A DNA stretch of 64,000 nucleotides, taken from NCBI GenBank assembly GCA_965263045.1, contig CBDHGK010000041.1, forward strand, positions 1,909,514-1,973,513, read 5' to 3'. Under the pieces are notes generated by a model. The model was not told the origin of the DNA and did no database searches. It saw only the letters and a list, made by a program, of their open reading frames with translations. Made by a program: the position numbers and the translations under genes. This stretch comes from Terriglobia bacterium (GTDB lineage: Bacteria > Acidobacteriota > Terriglobia > 20CM-2-55-15). Below are positions 9,818-19,785 of the stretch, piece by piece (within the stretch, counting starts at the first letter, position 1; each line of letters starts with the position of its first letter).

Positions 9818-11258
9818 GAATGTGTGCCAATCTTAGTTGGAAATTGAAACGGCTCCAAACCCCATGGTTTGATGGTATTGGAAGAAACAACATCAAGCCT
9901 GTAAGAGAAAGGAGCCGAGATGAGGAGTCTGTTACGTTCGGTAAAGAAACGCAAGAAGTCGCGTGTGCTGGGTGAGGTCGAGGTCCTGAGCCGGGAGGAA
10001 TACTCGGGACTGGAATTGGACTCGAAGGTGGAGATGATTCGGGCGTTGATCCCACTGGGGTTGATGCACGTGGAGGAGTTGCTCGACGAGGAAGTGAAGT
10101 CGTTGGCGGGTGAGCGATACGCACGAAAGGAGGCGGCGTTGCGGGGCCGGCGACACGGGAGCAATCCGGGGACCGTGGGGCTGGGTGGCCAGCGGGTGCC
10201 GGTTCGGGTGCCTCGAGTGCGCAGCGTGGCGGGCGGGGAGATTCCGCTTCGGACCTACGAGGAACTCAGTCCGGGTGGCGCGGTGAACGAGCTACTGCTC
10301 AGACGTGTGCTGTATGGGATCTCCTGCCGGAACTATGAATCGGCCGCTGAAGCGATTCCGGGAGCGATCGGACTGTCGAGTTCGACGGTGTCTCGAGGAT
10401 TCGTCCAGGCGAGTGCCGCGAAACTTCGGGAGATGCAGGAGCGGGATTTGAGTGGCGAGGACGTCGTGGCGATCTTCCTGGACGGGAAGGCGTTTGCCGA
10501 CGCCCTGATGGTAGTGGCCCTGGGCGTCACGCTTTCGGGCGACAAACGCTTCTTGGGCTTCGTGGAGACCGACACGGAGAACGAGCAAGTGCTGACTCCG
10601 TTTCTCCGTTCGTTGATGGAGCGGGGCCTGGACATCTCTGAAGGCGTGCTGGTGATTGTCGACGGCGGCAAAGGTCTGCGGGCGGCGGTCAAGAAGGCAT
10701 TCAGGAATCGAGCCCTGGTCCAACGCTGCCAATGGCACAAACGCGAGAACGTCGTGAGATACCTATCGAAGACCGAGCAAGCCGTGTGGCGACGCCGGCT
10801 GCAGCGGGCCTACGAGCGCCCGGAGTACGACGAAGCTCGGGCGGCGCTCGGAGAGCTCCATGGAGAGCTCGAGGAGCGAAACCAATCGGGGGCTGCGAGC
10901 CTTGAGGAAGGCCTGGAAGAGACCCTCACGTTGCATCGGCTCGGCGTGTACGGGGTCTTGGGCCGTTCGTTCAAGACGACGAATTGCCTGGAATCGGTCA
11001 ATGCCCTTGTCGAGGAAAGGTGTGCGAAGGTCGATCATTGGAAGAACTCGAGTCAGCGGCAACGCTGGTTGGCGACGGCGCTCATCGACATCGAACCGCG
11101 CCTGAGGAAGGTGATCGGCTACCGTCATCTTCCAAAGCTCCGCGAAGCCCTCCAGCGAGAGCTGAAAATTGAGGCGAAGACGTCGACGAGATCGAAGAAG
11201 AAGGTTGCATGACCCATCGTGAGCCGTGGAGAGTTTCAACTAAGAATGGGCTTGACTC
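9818..11258 (+). mobile_element. IS256-family insertion sequence, copy 2 (1441 bp)
   Basis: Same termini as copy 1, opposite orientation; 8-bp TSD CGATCCGT at 9810-9817 and 11259-11266. Confidence 0.95.
9920..11212 (+). CDS. IS256-family transposase
   Basis: 430 aa, protein identical to 5810..7102. Confidence 0.95.
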   Translation: MRSLLRSVKKRKKSRVLGEVEVLSREEYSGLELDSKVEMIRALIPLGLMHVEELLDEEVKSLAGERYARKEAALRGRRHGSNPGTVGLGGQRVPVRVPRVRSVAGGEIPLRTYEELSPGGAVNELLLRRVLYGISCRNYESAAEAIPGAIGLSSSTVSRGFVQASAAKLREMQERDLSGEDVVAIFLDGKAFADALMVVALGVTLSGDKRFLGFVETDTENEQVLTPFLRSLMERGLDISEGVLVIVDGGKGLRAAVKKAFRNRALVQRCQWHKRENVVRYLSKTEQAVWRRRLQRAYERPEYDEARAALGELHGELEERNQSGAASLEEGLEETLTLHRLGVYGVLGRSFKTTNCLESVNALVEERCAKVDHWKNSSQRQRWLATALIDIEPRLRKVIGYRHLPKLREALQRELKIEAKTSTRSKKKVA

Positions 11259-11639
11259 CGATCCGTTACGGGGAAATCTGAAGGCCGTGACAACGAGCTT
11301 GCGGGCGGGATACCTGCGTAAGAACGGGGTTCCCTACAGTGAAAACAGCATTGTCACAGAGTATTTCGACCTGATCACCGGGCCCTCCGGTGAGGAATGG
11401 CTCGTTGTTTTGTCCGAGGTTACCGACCCCTTGTACCTGGTCGCCCCGTTCATTACGAGTACGCAGTTCAAGAGGCTTCCCGACGACACCGAGTGGAATC
11501 CGACGCCCTGCTCAGCCCGATGAGATTCGCGCAATCAGACTAATTTCAACGCCGATCCCTTAAATCTTGAACGGGGCATCCGAAATGCGTTTTCGGACGT
11601 CTAAACGTAGGACGAACCGAACAACGAGGGCGTGCTTGC

Positions 11640-11870
11640 GTGGTTAAGAATTTCATTCCAAACTGCGATTTCTGTGGCGATGAAATTCCGCTTGATCAAC
11701 ATACCCGACGGAATGTCCCCTCAAATGGTGTCGAACTCCTTATGGTGGCTCTTGGAAATTCCGACCCTGCGCTCGAGTTCACACAGAAGCCGGACGGAAC
11801 AGTGGATCTCGATACCTGCCTCGATTGTTATGTGCGATTAGCGTTCAACCATTCCCACACGGTCAACTGA
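11640..11870 (+). CDS. Small putative zinc-binding protein
   Basis: 76-aa ORF from GTG with GAGGG upstream; CDFC near the N-terminus and CLDC near the C-terminus. Confidence 0.55.
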   Translation: MVKNFIPNCDFCGDEIPLDQHTRRNVPSNGVELLMVALGNSDPALEFTQKPDGTVDLDTCLDCYVRLAFNHSHTVN

Positions 11871-12328
11871 CCCGGCCGAGCGGTCCAGACACCGACCCTA
11901 CAGCGTTGTGCTGGCTCGGGCGCCTCAACGTATCTATCGATACGCCTCGGTCACCCTCGCTGCGCACGCCTTGTATGGCCGGCGTCTGGACCGCTCTCTG
12001 TGGGCTGAGTCGGTCGAGCGGGCCATCCAACCGCCCATACGGCGTTGTGCTGGCTCGGGCGCCTCAACGTATCTATCGATACGCCTCGGTCACCCTCGCT
12101 GCGCACGCCTTGTATGGCCGGCGTCTGGACCGCTCTCTGTGGGCTGAGTCGGTCGAGCGGGCCATCCAACCGCCCATACGGCGTTGTGCTGGCTCGGGTG
12201 CCTCAACGTATCTGTCGATACGCCTCGGTCACCCTCGCGGCGCACGCCTTGTATGGCCGGCGTCTGGACCGCTCTCTGTGGGGCTGGATTGGTCGAGCGG
12301 GCCATCCATCCGACCCTACGGCGACTTG
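11871..12328. repeat. 139-bp tandem hairpin repeat array, left part (3 full units + 1 truncated)
   Basis: GCGTTGTGCTGGCTCGGG recurs at 11903, 12042, 12181; each unit is an imperfect palindrome (unit 1 core 11878-11996). Confidence 0.9.
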
Positions 12329-12332
12329 CTAA

Positions 12333-14068
12333 CCCGCATAGATCACCAATCGACGCGTGATTGCGATTTTGCGTAAAAGAACCCTGGGTGGGCGCGAGAT
12401 GGTGTGGGGGGAGCGTCTCAGGGTGAATTGACGAGTTTTTGGCGATGTGAGAAGCGGATTTTCGTGCTCAATAGAGCGTTGACGATCGCGATCAGACACA
12501 CCTCGGCTCGGACTGGGTAAGCGAATCGATTTCAGGGACGAAGCCGCAGCGTCGGTGTCAGCATCGCAGTGGCATTGTTTGTAGGTTGCGGACAACGGCG
12601 GCATAGACCTCGGCGTAAGGACAGGCTTCAGCCATCGACACCCAGACGTTTCGGACCGTGAACCGGATGCGGGCACCGATCTTGAGCAGCTTCAGCCGGA
12701 TCGTGCCGCATTGAGCGCGCGCCAGTTCGGTGCCCTGGAGCCCGAGTCGACGCAGGGCCTGCATGATCATGTAGGCGGCCGAAGACAGATACAGTCGGAG
12801 TTGATTGGCGCGCATGGTGGCCGCGCTGGTGCGGTCGGCAAACAGATCCAGTTGTTGCTCTTTGATCCGGTTCTCCATGTCGCCGCGCGCACAGTAGAGA
12901 TCTTCATATAGCGCACGGGCCTCCCAACGTTGCGGTGTGAGGGAGGTGACGATGAATCGGGGATTGGCGCCCTTGGCCAGAACCTCGGCCTTGCCCACGA
13001 CGCGCCGTTGCTGGCTCCAACTGTCTCGTGTGCGATAGCGGAAGTCCTTAAATATCCGTGCCGATTTACCGGTGGATTCAAACTCCGATTTCGCCTGAGC
13101 CATGGATTCAGCGATGACCTCCTGGAGTCGCTCGTTCTTGGCCAATCCCACCACGTAATCCACCTGGTGGGATTCACACCAGGTCAATAAATCATCTCTG
13201 CAAAAACCCGAGTCGCCACGGACGATGATCGACACATCCGGCCAGCTCTTCCGGATCTGTCCGATGATGCGGGTCAGCTCCTCAACCGATCCGGCCGCGC
13301 CATCGATGTTGGAGCGTCGCAATCGGGCGCACAGCAGATGCTCACCCGAGAAGATATACAACGGCAAATAACAGTAGTTGCCGTAATAGCCATGAAAGAA
13401 TCGTCCCTCCTGTTGCCCGTGGATCGGATCGTCGGTGGCATCGAGGTCCAGAATGATTTCTTCAGGCGCCGATTCATAGGCTGCGATGAATGCATCGACC
13501 ATCCAGCGGTCAATCTGGTCGGCATCCATCGCAATTTTCTTGTATCGTTCCTCCGCCCCCACTTCGGCACCGGTCAACTCCAGCCGATTCAGCGTGCACT
13601 TGCCCGCCAGCGCCTTTCCCCGGTCGCTGGCTTGCCGCCGGTTGCCTCCCAGCGGATCGGCCTTATCGATGGCCACGGCGAGCATCGGATCGGTGCGTAG
13701 TTGGTCGTGATCGTTCAGGTCTTCATATCCCAGACACAGGCCATACACCCGTTGCCCAATCAATTCCTTCACCGTGTGCTCGATCAATCGCGGGTCCCGA
13801 TGATCGGCGAAACATTCGGCAAGTCCCCCGACCAGTCCGGTTCGTTTTTCGACTTCCCTCAACAGCAGGACACCCGCGTCGGATGTGATCTTCCCTCCGT
13901 CGAATCGAGCCTTCACTTTTCGTTGATTAAGTCCGTGAAATTCGAACGTCGTTTGGTTACACTCTGTCGTCATAAGGGCCGCCTTTGTTTGGTTGCTAAA
14001 ACGTCTTCGACAAACGCTTTATGCCAAACAGGGCGGCCTTTTCTGGTCCATCTGGTGATTTATGCGGG
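12333..14068 (-). mobile_element. IS1380-family insertion sequence (1736 bp)
   Basis: 16-bp TIR CCCGCATAGATCACCA / CCCGCATAAATCACCA; 4-bp TSD CTAA at 12329-12332 and 14069-14072. Confidence 0.93.
12558..13973 (-). CDS. IS1380-family transposase
   Basis: 471 aa; FDGGKITSDAG, GYEDLNDHD, LDLDATDD, VRGDSGF, YCARGDMENRIKEQ. Confidence 0.95.
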   Translation of the reverse strand: MTTECNQTTFEFHGLNQRKVKARFDGGKITSDAGVLLLREVEKRTGLVGGLAECFADHRDPRLIEHTVKELIGQRVYGLCLGYEDLNDHDQLRTDPMLAVAIDKADPLGGNRRQASDRGKALAGKCTLNRLELTGAEVGAEERYKKIAMDADQIDRWMVDAFIAAYESAPEEIILDLDATDDPIHGQQEGRFFHGYYGNYCYLPLYIFSGEHLLCARLRRSNIDGAAGSVEELTRIIGQIRKSWPDVSIIVRGDSGFCRDDLLTWCESHQVDYVVGLAKNERLQEVIAESMAQAKSEFESTGKSARIFKDFRYRTRDSWSQQRRVVGKAEVLAKGANPRFIVTSLTPQRWEARALYEDLYCARGDMENRIKEQQLDLFADRTSAATMRANQLRLYLSSAAYMIMQALRRLGLQGTELARAQCGTIRLKLLKIGARIRFTVRNVWVSMAEACPYAEVYAAVVRNLQTMPLRC

Positions 14069-14072
14069 CTAA

Positions 14073-14365
14073 CCCGGTCGAGCGGGCCATCCAACCGCCC
14101 ATACGGCGTTGTGCTGGCTCGGGTGCCTCAACGTATCTGTCGATACGCCTCGGTCACCCTCGCGGCGCACGCCTTGTATGGCCGGCGTCTGGACCGCTCT
14201 CTGTGGGGCTCATCCGGTCGAGCGGGCCATCCAACCGCCCATACGGCGTTGTGCTGGCTCGGGTGCCTCAACGTATCTATCGATACGCCTCGGTCACCCT
14301 CGCGGCGCACGCCTTGTATGGCCGGCGTCTGGACCGCTCTCTGTGGGGCTGGATTGGTCGAGCGG
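14073..14365. repeat. 139/140-bp tandem hairpin repeat array, right part (2 full units + stub)
   Basis: Same unit as 11871-12328 resumes directly after the IS1380 TSD. Confidence 0.9.
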
Positions 14366-14370
14366 GGTTG

Positions 14371-14937
14371 TTAGAAGTTTACCGCGGGTGCAGTTTCGGC
14401 GGCGTTGATGGCGTTGAAGAAGTCGCGCTGATCAAAGCCCGTCATTCCGGCGATGATGCTGGCGGGGAATTGCCGCACCGCGGTGTTGTAGGTCTGGATC
14501 GATTCGTTGTAGCGGCGGCGTTCGACGGCGATCCGGTTTTCGGTGCCGGCGAGTTCATCCTGTAGAGCGAGGAAGTTCTGATTCGATCGGAGTTCGGGGT
14601 AGTTTTCCATGACAACCATGAGACGACCGAGCGCGCCTTCAAGCTGTCCGGCGACGGCCTGGCGCTCGCCGGCTGTACCGGCTTCGCCCCACTGGCTGCG
14701 CAGCCGGGTAACCTCGGTATACACCTCTCGCTCCTGATCGGCAAAACCCTGGACCGTGTTCACCAGATTGGGTATCAGGTCGTACCGTCTCTGAAGGACC
14801 GTGTCGACTTGTGCCCAGGAACTTTCCGCCTGCTGATCCAAGCCCACCAGTCGATTGTAGGTCCCGACGTAGCTCCCGCCAACGATCAATACAGCGAGCA
14901 CCAGAGCACCGATAATGATCCAGCCTTTTGTGGACAT
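14371..14937 (-). CDS. lemA: LemA family protein
   Basis: N-terminal TM; YNRLV, QRRYDLIPNLV, ENYPELRSNQNF, ENRIAVERRRYN. Confidence 0.95.
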   Translation of the reverse strand: MSTKGWIIIGALVLAVLIVGGSYVGTYNRLVGLDQQAESSWAQVDTVLQRRYDLIPNLVNTVQGFADQEREVYTEVTRLRSQWGEAGTAGERQAVAGQLEGALGRLMVVMENYPELRSNQNFLALQDELAGTENRIAVERRRYNESIQTYNTAVRQFPASIIAGMTGFDQRDFFNAINAAETAPAVNF

Positions 14938-14997
14938 GTTACCTCCTGTACGAAAAAGCGGCGATGCCGATACTCATCTAGAATAACGCATAGCGAC

Positions 14998-15705
14998 TCA
15001 TGGATGCACATGGGCGTCGACGCTGTCGACCACGGATTCTACGGTTCGCAGGTATCGGTCGAACAGTTCCAGCGCCTCGACGTTTTTCGCAGCCTGGCGG
15101 CCCTCCTTCAGCGTCTCGATCACCAGGAATACGTCCTCGTCAAACCGGATGTGTTGGCCCAGTGCTTTCAGTGCGTCTATCTTCCGGGGGGGGATCTCGT
15201 CCTGGTACAGCCGGAGCGCCGCCCGAAACAAAACGAGGACGGTCGAAAGCGATTCGACCATCATGTCGAGCACCCGCCGGGGTTTTCCTTCCGTCAGCAA
15301 AAAGCCTTCTCTAAGACGGATCAGGCTCGACTTCATTTCGTGTTCGAGAATGAGGCGGAGGTTCTCCGGATTGATATCGATCTGGTCGAGGACATTTTCA
15401 CCGTAGAGCACCTGGTGAGATTCCTTGATGTCCATGAGTTCTATCGGAAAAACATCGGCCGACTTTTGTAGACGTTCGAGGGTGAAAAACAGAGGCGGGG
15501 GATTTCCCGATTTGCGCCATGCGAGCGACGTCTTCGACAATGCTGTCAATTCGCGTGTGCCAAGAGCATTGGCGACGACAAGAATATTGTAGTCGGAACG
15601 CTTGCCCGTATGATCGCCCGCCGCAGCAGATCCGTATAAAATGACGGAGCGAATTCCCGTTCCCAGGGATTGCTGCAGCTTTTGTGCCAGCTCTTCAGGT
15701 TTCAA
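14998..15705 (-). CDS. Nucleotidyltransferase-domain protein (LemA/TPM-associated)
   Basis: SVILYGSAAAGD..SDYNILVV; DVFPIE; probable TTG start at 15705 behind GGGGG (ORF-track start lies inside the upstream gene). Confidence 0.75.
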   Translation of the reverse strand: MKPEELAQKLQQSLGTGIRSVILYGSAAAGDHTGKRSDYNILVVANALGTRELTALSKTSLAWRKSGNPPPLFFTLERLQKSADVFPIELMDIKESHQVLYGENVLDQIDINPENLRLILEHEMKSSLIRLREGFLLTEGKPRRVLDMMVESLSTVLVLFRAALRLYQDEIPPRKIDALKALGQHIRFDEDVFLVIETLKEGRQAAKNVEALELFDRYLRTVESVVDSVDAHVHP

Positions 15706-15739
15706 GACTTTCCCCCAACTTGATAGACGCCCGATACGA

Positions 15740-16510
15740 TCACCATGAGCGTCCCGCGCCACCGCCTCCCGACATTCCACCGCCGAACCCTCCGAAACCG
15801 CCGCCGCCACCGCGTCCGAAACCGCCACCGCCTCCACCCATGCGACCGCTCGAAAGCAGCATCAGGGCGAGCCAGGGATGCCGGATGATGACCGGCACCA
15901 GAAGCAGCAGTCCGAGGAATCGCAGCAAGCCCCCCAGGGGGCTCCTTGTCTGGGCGACCGGGGCGGAGACCGCGATTGTTCCAGTCAGCTCCACACCAGC
16001 ATTACCCGCGATGAGCAGTGCCAGCGTATGGACTCCAGCCGCGAGTCCGGCGCCGTATTGAGCCTGCCTGAAAGCCGGCAGAACGGCTTCGTCGAGGATG
16101 CGGCCCGCTATCCCGTCGGGAATGATGGGTTCCAGCCCGTAGCCGACTTCGATCCACACCTGTCGGTCTTCGATGGCAGCCAGCAGCAGCGCACCGTTGT
16201 CTTCGCCGACTTGTCCGATTCCCCAGCGTTCGAAGAGGCGATTGGAAAAATCCGAGATCTCGCCACCTTCGAGCGAGGCCAGCGTAACGACGGCCACCTG
16301 TGCTCCCGTTTTTTGTTCCAGCTCGCGGAGCAGGACTTCGAGTGAGTTTGCCTCAGGTCCGATGACGCCGGCAAAATCGTTGACCAGGCCCCGGAAGGCG
16401 AGTCCTTCCAGGAGCGCGTCCGACTGGAACGCAACGGCTGGCGAAGCCAGAAGAACGGTCGGCGAAGCCACAAGCAGGAAGAGGACCAGCAGGATCGAAA
16501 TGCGGCGCAT
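15740..16510 (-). CDS. TPM domain protein (YgcG-like)
   Basis: VNDFAGVI, WGIGQ..DNGALLL, IEVGYGLE, Gly-rich tail GGGMSGGGGAGRSW. Confidence 0.9.
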   Translation of the reverse strand: MRRISILLVLFLLVASPTVLLASPAVAFQSDALLEGLAFRGLVNDFAGVIGPEANSLEVLLRELEQKTGAQVAVVTLASLEGGEISDFSNRLFERWGIGQVGEDNGALLLAAIEDRQVWIEVGYGLEPIIPDGIAGRILDEAVLPAFRQAQYGAGLAAGVHTLALLIAGNAGVELTGTIAVSAPVAQTRSPLGGLLRFLGLLLLVPVIIRHPWLALMLLSSGRMGGGGGGFGRGGGGGFGGFGGGMSGGGGAGRSW

Positions 16511-16779
16511 GAGATTACATTGTAGCAGTCCTTAAGAGTGGTGGCTGCGATGCCCGGCGAGGTCAGGGGAGGCCAGGTGACGCCGGAGCATGGATCCGTT
16601 GTTTGATCGGTGGTCGCCAATATTCATGGCCAAGACTTCCCGAACCGAATCGGATCTCCTTGATCGGTGGAGCGACTCCCCGTCCAATCCGGAGTGGCGT
16701 TTCAAAGCAGTACACGGGCAGAATGGGACGAATGTTGCGGATGATTCGAGTACGATGGTCTTTCAACAGGAGGACGCGC

Positions 16780-17061
16780 ATGAAGGCAGTCTGGAACGAT
16801 TCGGTCATAGCGGAAAGTGAGGAAACGATCATGGTCGAGGGTAACCACTATTTTCCACCGGACGCGATCCGGCGGGAATACTTTCAGGACAACCCCACCC
16901 ATACAACGTGCCCCTGGAAAGGTCAGGCCAACTACTATGATATCGTCGTCAACGGGGATGCCAACCCGGCGGCAGCCTGGTACTATCCCGAGACATTGGA
17001 GGCTGCGAACAACATTCGTAACTACGTGGCATTCTGGAAGGGAGTCGAAGTCACTCCATAG
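16780..17061 (+). CDS. DUF427 family protein
   Basis: MKAVWN..VIAES, VEGNHYFPP, TCPWKGQANYY, AAWYYP; AGGAGG RBS. Confidence 0.9.
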   Translation: MKAVWNDSVIAESEETIMVEGNHYFPPDAIRREYFQDNPTHTTCPWKGQANYYDIVVNGDANPAAAWYYPETLEAANNIRNYVAFWKGVEVTP

Positions 17062-17347
17062 CAACAAAAGACTCTGGGGATTCAACCCGAGCGCGATAAT
17101 TTCGGATCCCGATTGCAGGTGCGCTCCATGAGCGCACAGAACTGAAGTTCATCAAATTGCGTGCGGTCGCAGACCACGCCGGCGGTTCGACGGTCCGAGC
17201 GTTGGCCAAGGTCAGTAAACCCATCATCTGTGGTCCCGGAAATCTTCGTGTCCTGCAATGAGACATCGGGATCGTGGAGGGAACATAATGCGATTCACAC
17301 GCGACAATCTGGCGCAAAACTTGACGAATCGGCCGGGGAAATCAGCC

Positions 17348-18367
17348 ATGAGACGCTATTTGCTTTCTATGTTCTGCAGCCTTTCTATACTCGCCTCCTG
17401 GATCGCACAGGAGGCGCGGGGGCAGGAGGCGACCGCTTTGGCCCACGTAGACGCAGCCAGAGCCGCCGCGTCCGAACCGGGGCTCTATGACTACACCCTT
17501 ACGTTCGATCTGCTCTGTACCGAGAGGGAGCCACGTGAACCGGAGCCACCGAGGCCTGCCGATACTACGATCCGCGCGGCACCGGAGCGCTCCGAATGGT
17601 ATGTCGAGCCGGTGAAAGTCTTTGACAACGTGTTCAATGTCGGGACCGGCTTCTATGTTTGGGCCATCACGACATCGGACGGAATCATTCTGCTAAATTC
17701 GGGCAGGGATTACGCCGCTGAAACCGTCGTCGAAGGACTCGAAAGAGTGGGTCTCGATCCGGCGAACGTCAAATGCGTCATCATCCACACCCCGGATATC
17801 CGGCACTATGGCGCGGCCAAACTATTTCAGGACCGCTATCGATCGCGGATCATGTTGTCCGAAGCGGATTGGAACGTCATCGAGGCGACACCGGAGGTCC
17901 CCGAGAGGCTGAAGCCCAGGAAAGACATCGTCGTGACCGATGGCCAGACCCTGACGTTGGGTGACACGACGCTGACCCTCTATGTCACGCCGGGCAACAG
18001 TCCGGGCACGCTTTCCACGCTGGTTCCTCTCCGTGACGGGAGCCGGCGGCATGTCGGTCTCCTGATCGGAGGCCGGGACTGGGACGCCGTGGAGCAGGGA
18101 GTCGTGTATTTCTCGAGTGAAGAAGTTGCCATGACTACCTACAAGGCTTCAGCCAGTCGTTTGCGGGACATTGCAGCCCGGGCCGGCGCGGATGTCTTTC
18201 TGTCGGTCCGTTCGCTGTACGATCGAGAAGCCGACAAGGCCCGCGTATTGATGGAGCGCAGACCCGGGGACCCGCATCCTTATGTAAACGGGAGCGCTAT
18301 TGACCGCTATCTGACGGTGACGAGCGAATGTATGGATGCCCAGTTGGCGTGGAGGGCGATACCGTAG
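17348..18367 (+). CDS. Exported B3-like metallo-beta-lactamase-fold protein lacking most zinc ligands
   Basis: PVKVFDNVFNVG, WAITTSDGIILL, GLDPANVK, LTLGDTTLTLYVTPG; motif reads HTPDIRH and TPGNSPG; start uncertain. Confidence 0.75.
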   Translation: MRRYLLSMFCSLSILASWIAQEARGQEATALAHVDAARAAASEPGLYDYTLTFDLLCTEREPREPEPPRPADTTIRAAPERSEWYVEPVKVFDNVFNVGTGFYVWAITTSDGIILLNSGRDYAAETVVEGLERVGLDPANVKCVIIHTPDIRHYGAAKLFQDRYRSRIMLSEADWNVIEATPEVPERLKPRKDIVVTDGQTLTLGDTTLTLYVTPGNSPGTLSTLVPLRDGSRRHVGLLIGGRDWDAVEQGVVYFSSEEVAMTTYKASASRLRDIAARAGADVFLSVRSLYDREADKARVLMERRPGDPHPYVNGSAIDRYLTVTSECMDAQLAWRAIP

Positions 18368-18436
18368 CACGGCATGCGAGTCGCGTGCGGGTGCAATACG
18401 AAACGTTTCAGATCCGTAGAGCCACAGGAGGACGAC

Positions 18437-19264
18437 ATGCCTGACAGCGCATGGGAAGAATTGGACGGCGGCACGCAGGACGCCTGGGAAGACCAGTTCC
18501 AGGATCCCGACACGGATTTCAGCCAGCCGCACCGGCGGGACGAATCCAGGGAGACACTCGACGACGGGACCCTTATCGACACGACGGTCGACACATACGC
18601 CACTGTGAATGTTGAAGGACGCGAGTATGCGGCTAGCCTGGTCCACAAGTGCAACAAATGCAATGGCGGGCACGTCGATTCGCTCAGGGCCGTCGAAGGA
18701 TTCACCGTGGACATTCCCTACACTCCGCTCCACGTGTCCGACAAGAAGTTCGGACAGGGCAACGGACATTTGTATTCCGAGGTGAAGATTACGGGGCATC
18801 TGCTGCGCCGGGTCGAAACGCGCACGCGCCGAACGCCACAGGCCGCCCCGCAGGTGGAGATCGTCTGGGAACGCAAGGAACTCGACCATGTGGAGCAGCG
18901 GGACCTGGTGGTACTGGAGGAATTCGGTTCGATCGTCGACTGCATTCTGGGAGTCGAGGAATCGTCGATCAGCTACGCCGTGCCTGATACCGAGATGTTT
19001 GCACTGGCCCTGGCCCGTGTTCCGATTCTTGCCGATGACGTGAGCTGGACCGACCAGGGCCGTGTGATTCCTGACCTCGCCGAGGCCCTTGCGGGCATCG
19101 AGGGGCCCGTGTTCCGATTTGTGGGAGGGACCGGTGATGCCGAAATGTTTGTCGAACACCAGGTCGGCAAGCAGAGGGTCGAACTGGGGCGGGTGTCACT
19201 GGATGTTTCCCTCGACGGCCGGCATGTGGTCGCCAAAGTGTACACACCGGGAGAGCCCTGTTAA
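18437..19264 (+). CDS. Hypothetical protein with acidic N-terminus
   Basis: 275-aa ORF behind AGGAGG RBS; one CNKC; no family recognised. Confidence 0.6.
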   Translation: MPDSAWEELDGGTQDAWEDQFQDPDTDFSQPHRRDESRETLDDGTLIDTTVDTYATVNVEGREYAASLVHKCNKCNGGHVDSLRAVEGFTVDIPYTPLHVSDKKFGQGNGHLYSEVKITGHLLRRVETRTRRTPQAAPQVEIVWERKELDHVEQRDLVVLEEFGSIVDCILGVEESSISYAVPDTEMFALALARVPILADDVSWTDQGRVIPDLAEALAGIEGPVFRFVGGTGDAEMFVEHQVGKQRVELGRVSLDVSLDGRHVVAKVYTPGEPC

Positions 19265-19785
19265 TGCGACTCGCCGAGCGCAACGTGCGGGCATGTTGCC
19301 TGGTTGGTGGCCTGCCCCCCGGGGATTTGTGAGCGTGATGCACGATATCCCGCTGAGCATGCCTTTGCCGAGACGACGCGTACCCGGAATAATCGGTCCA
19401 ACCGTTCTGACTCAGAATTCAGAGACTCTCCAAATGACCAGCCCTTACTGAGTGCGACATTCTGAATCCAGACATTGCGGCCTGGGAAAACGTCTGCACC
19501 GTAAATGACGGCCCAGTCGCGGAGGATCACCTACGGCGAAACGTCTTCCCGGATACCCGCGATTCGCCGTTCGGGGGACGGCTTTGCGCTGGTGTGGAAC
19601 GCGGTTCAATTGCGCGAGAATGGACCAGTGCATGATGCCGCCGGTAAGGGCTCGGAGATAATGTTCGGGCTCGTGCGGTGATTGAAGGGGCCCTGCGCGA
19701 GGGCAGGTGATGCCTGAGAATGGATCGGAAAAAACAGACACTGCGCCGATCGAGGGGACCACTGAATGTCAACCGGAAGGCGGGT

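Larger units (their letters stand above)
9286..11523 (+). pseudogene. Secreted DFSGxW-family protein (paralog B) interrupted by IS256 copy 2
   Basis: 9286-9817 and 11267-11523 rejoin in frame: ...NTAPGDP|LRGNLKAVTT..GYLRKNGVPYS; PIDLVGSW motif. Confidence 0.85.

Noticed and set aside
5764-11258. Composite transposon that arrived as one unit
   Set aside because: Each IS256 has its own TSD and interrupts a resident gene, so these are two independent insertions.
11825-12376. ORFs reading through the tandem repeats (also 14021-14565)
   Set aside because: Translations merely repeat the 139-bp unit in rotating frames; no protein-like features.
11871-14365. CRISPR array or integron attC cassette array
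   Set aside because: Units are 139 bp with near-identical linkers, with no unique spacers or cassette ORFs; no cas or integrase gene is in the window.
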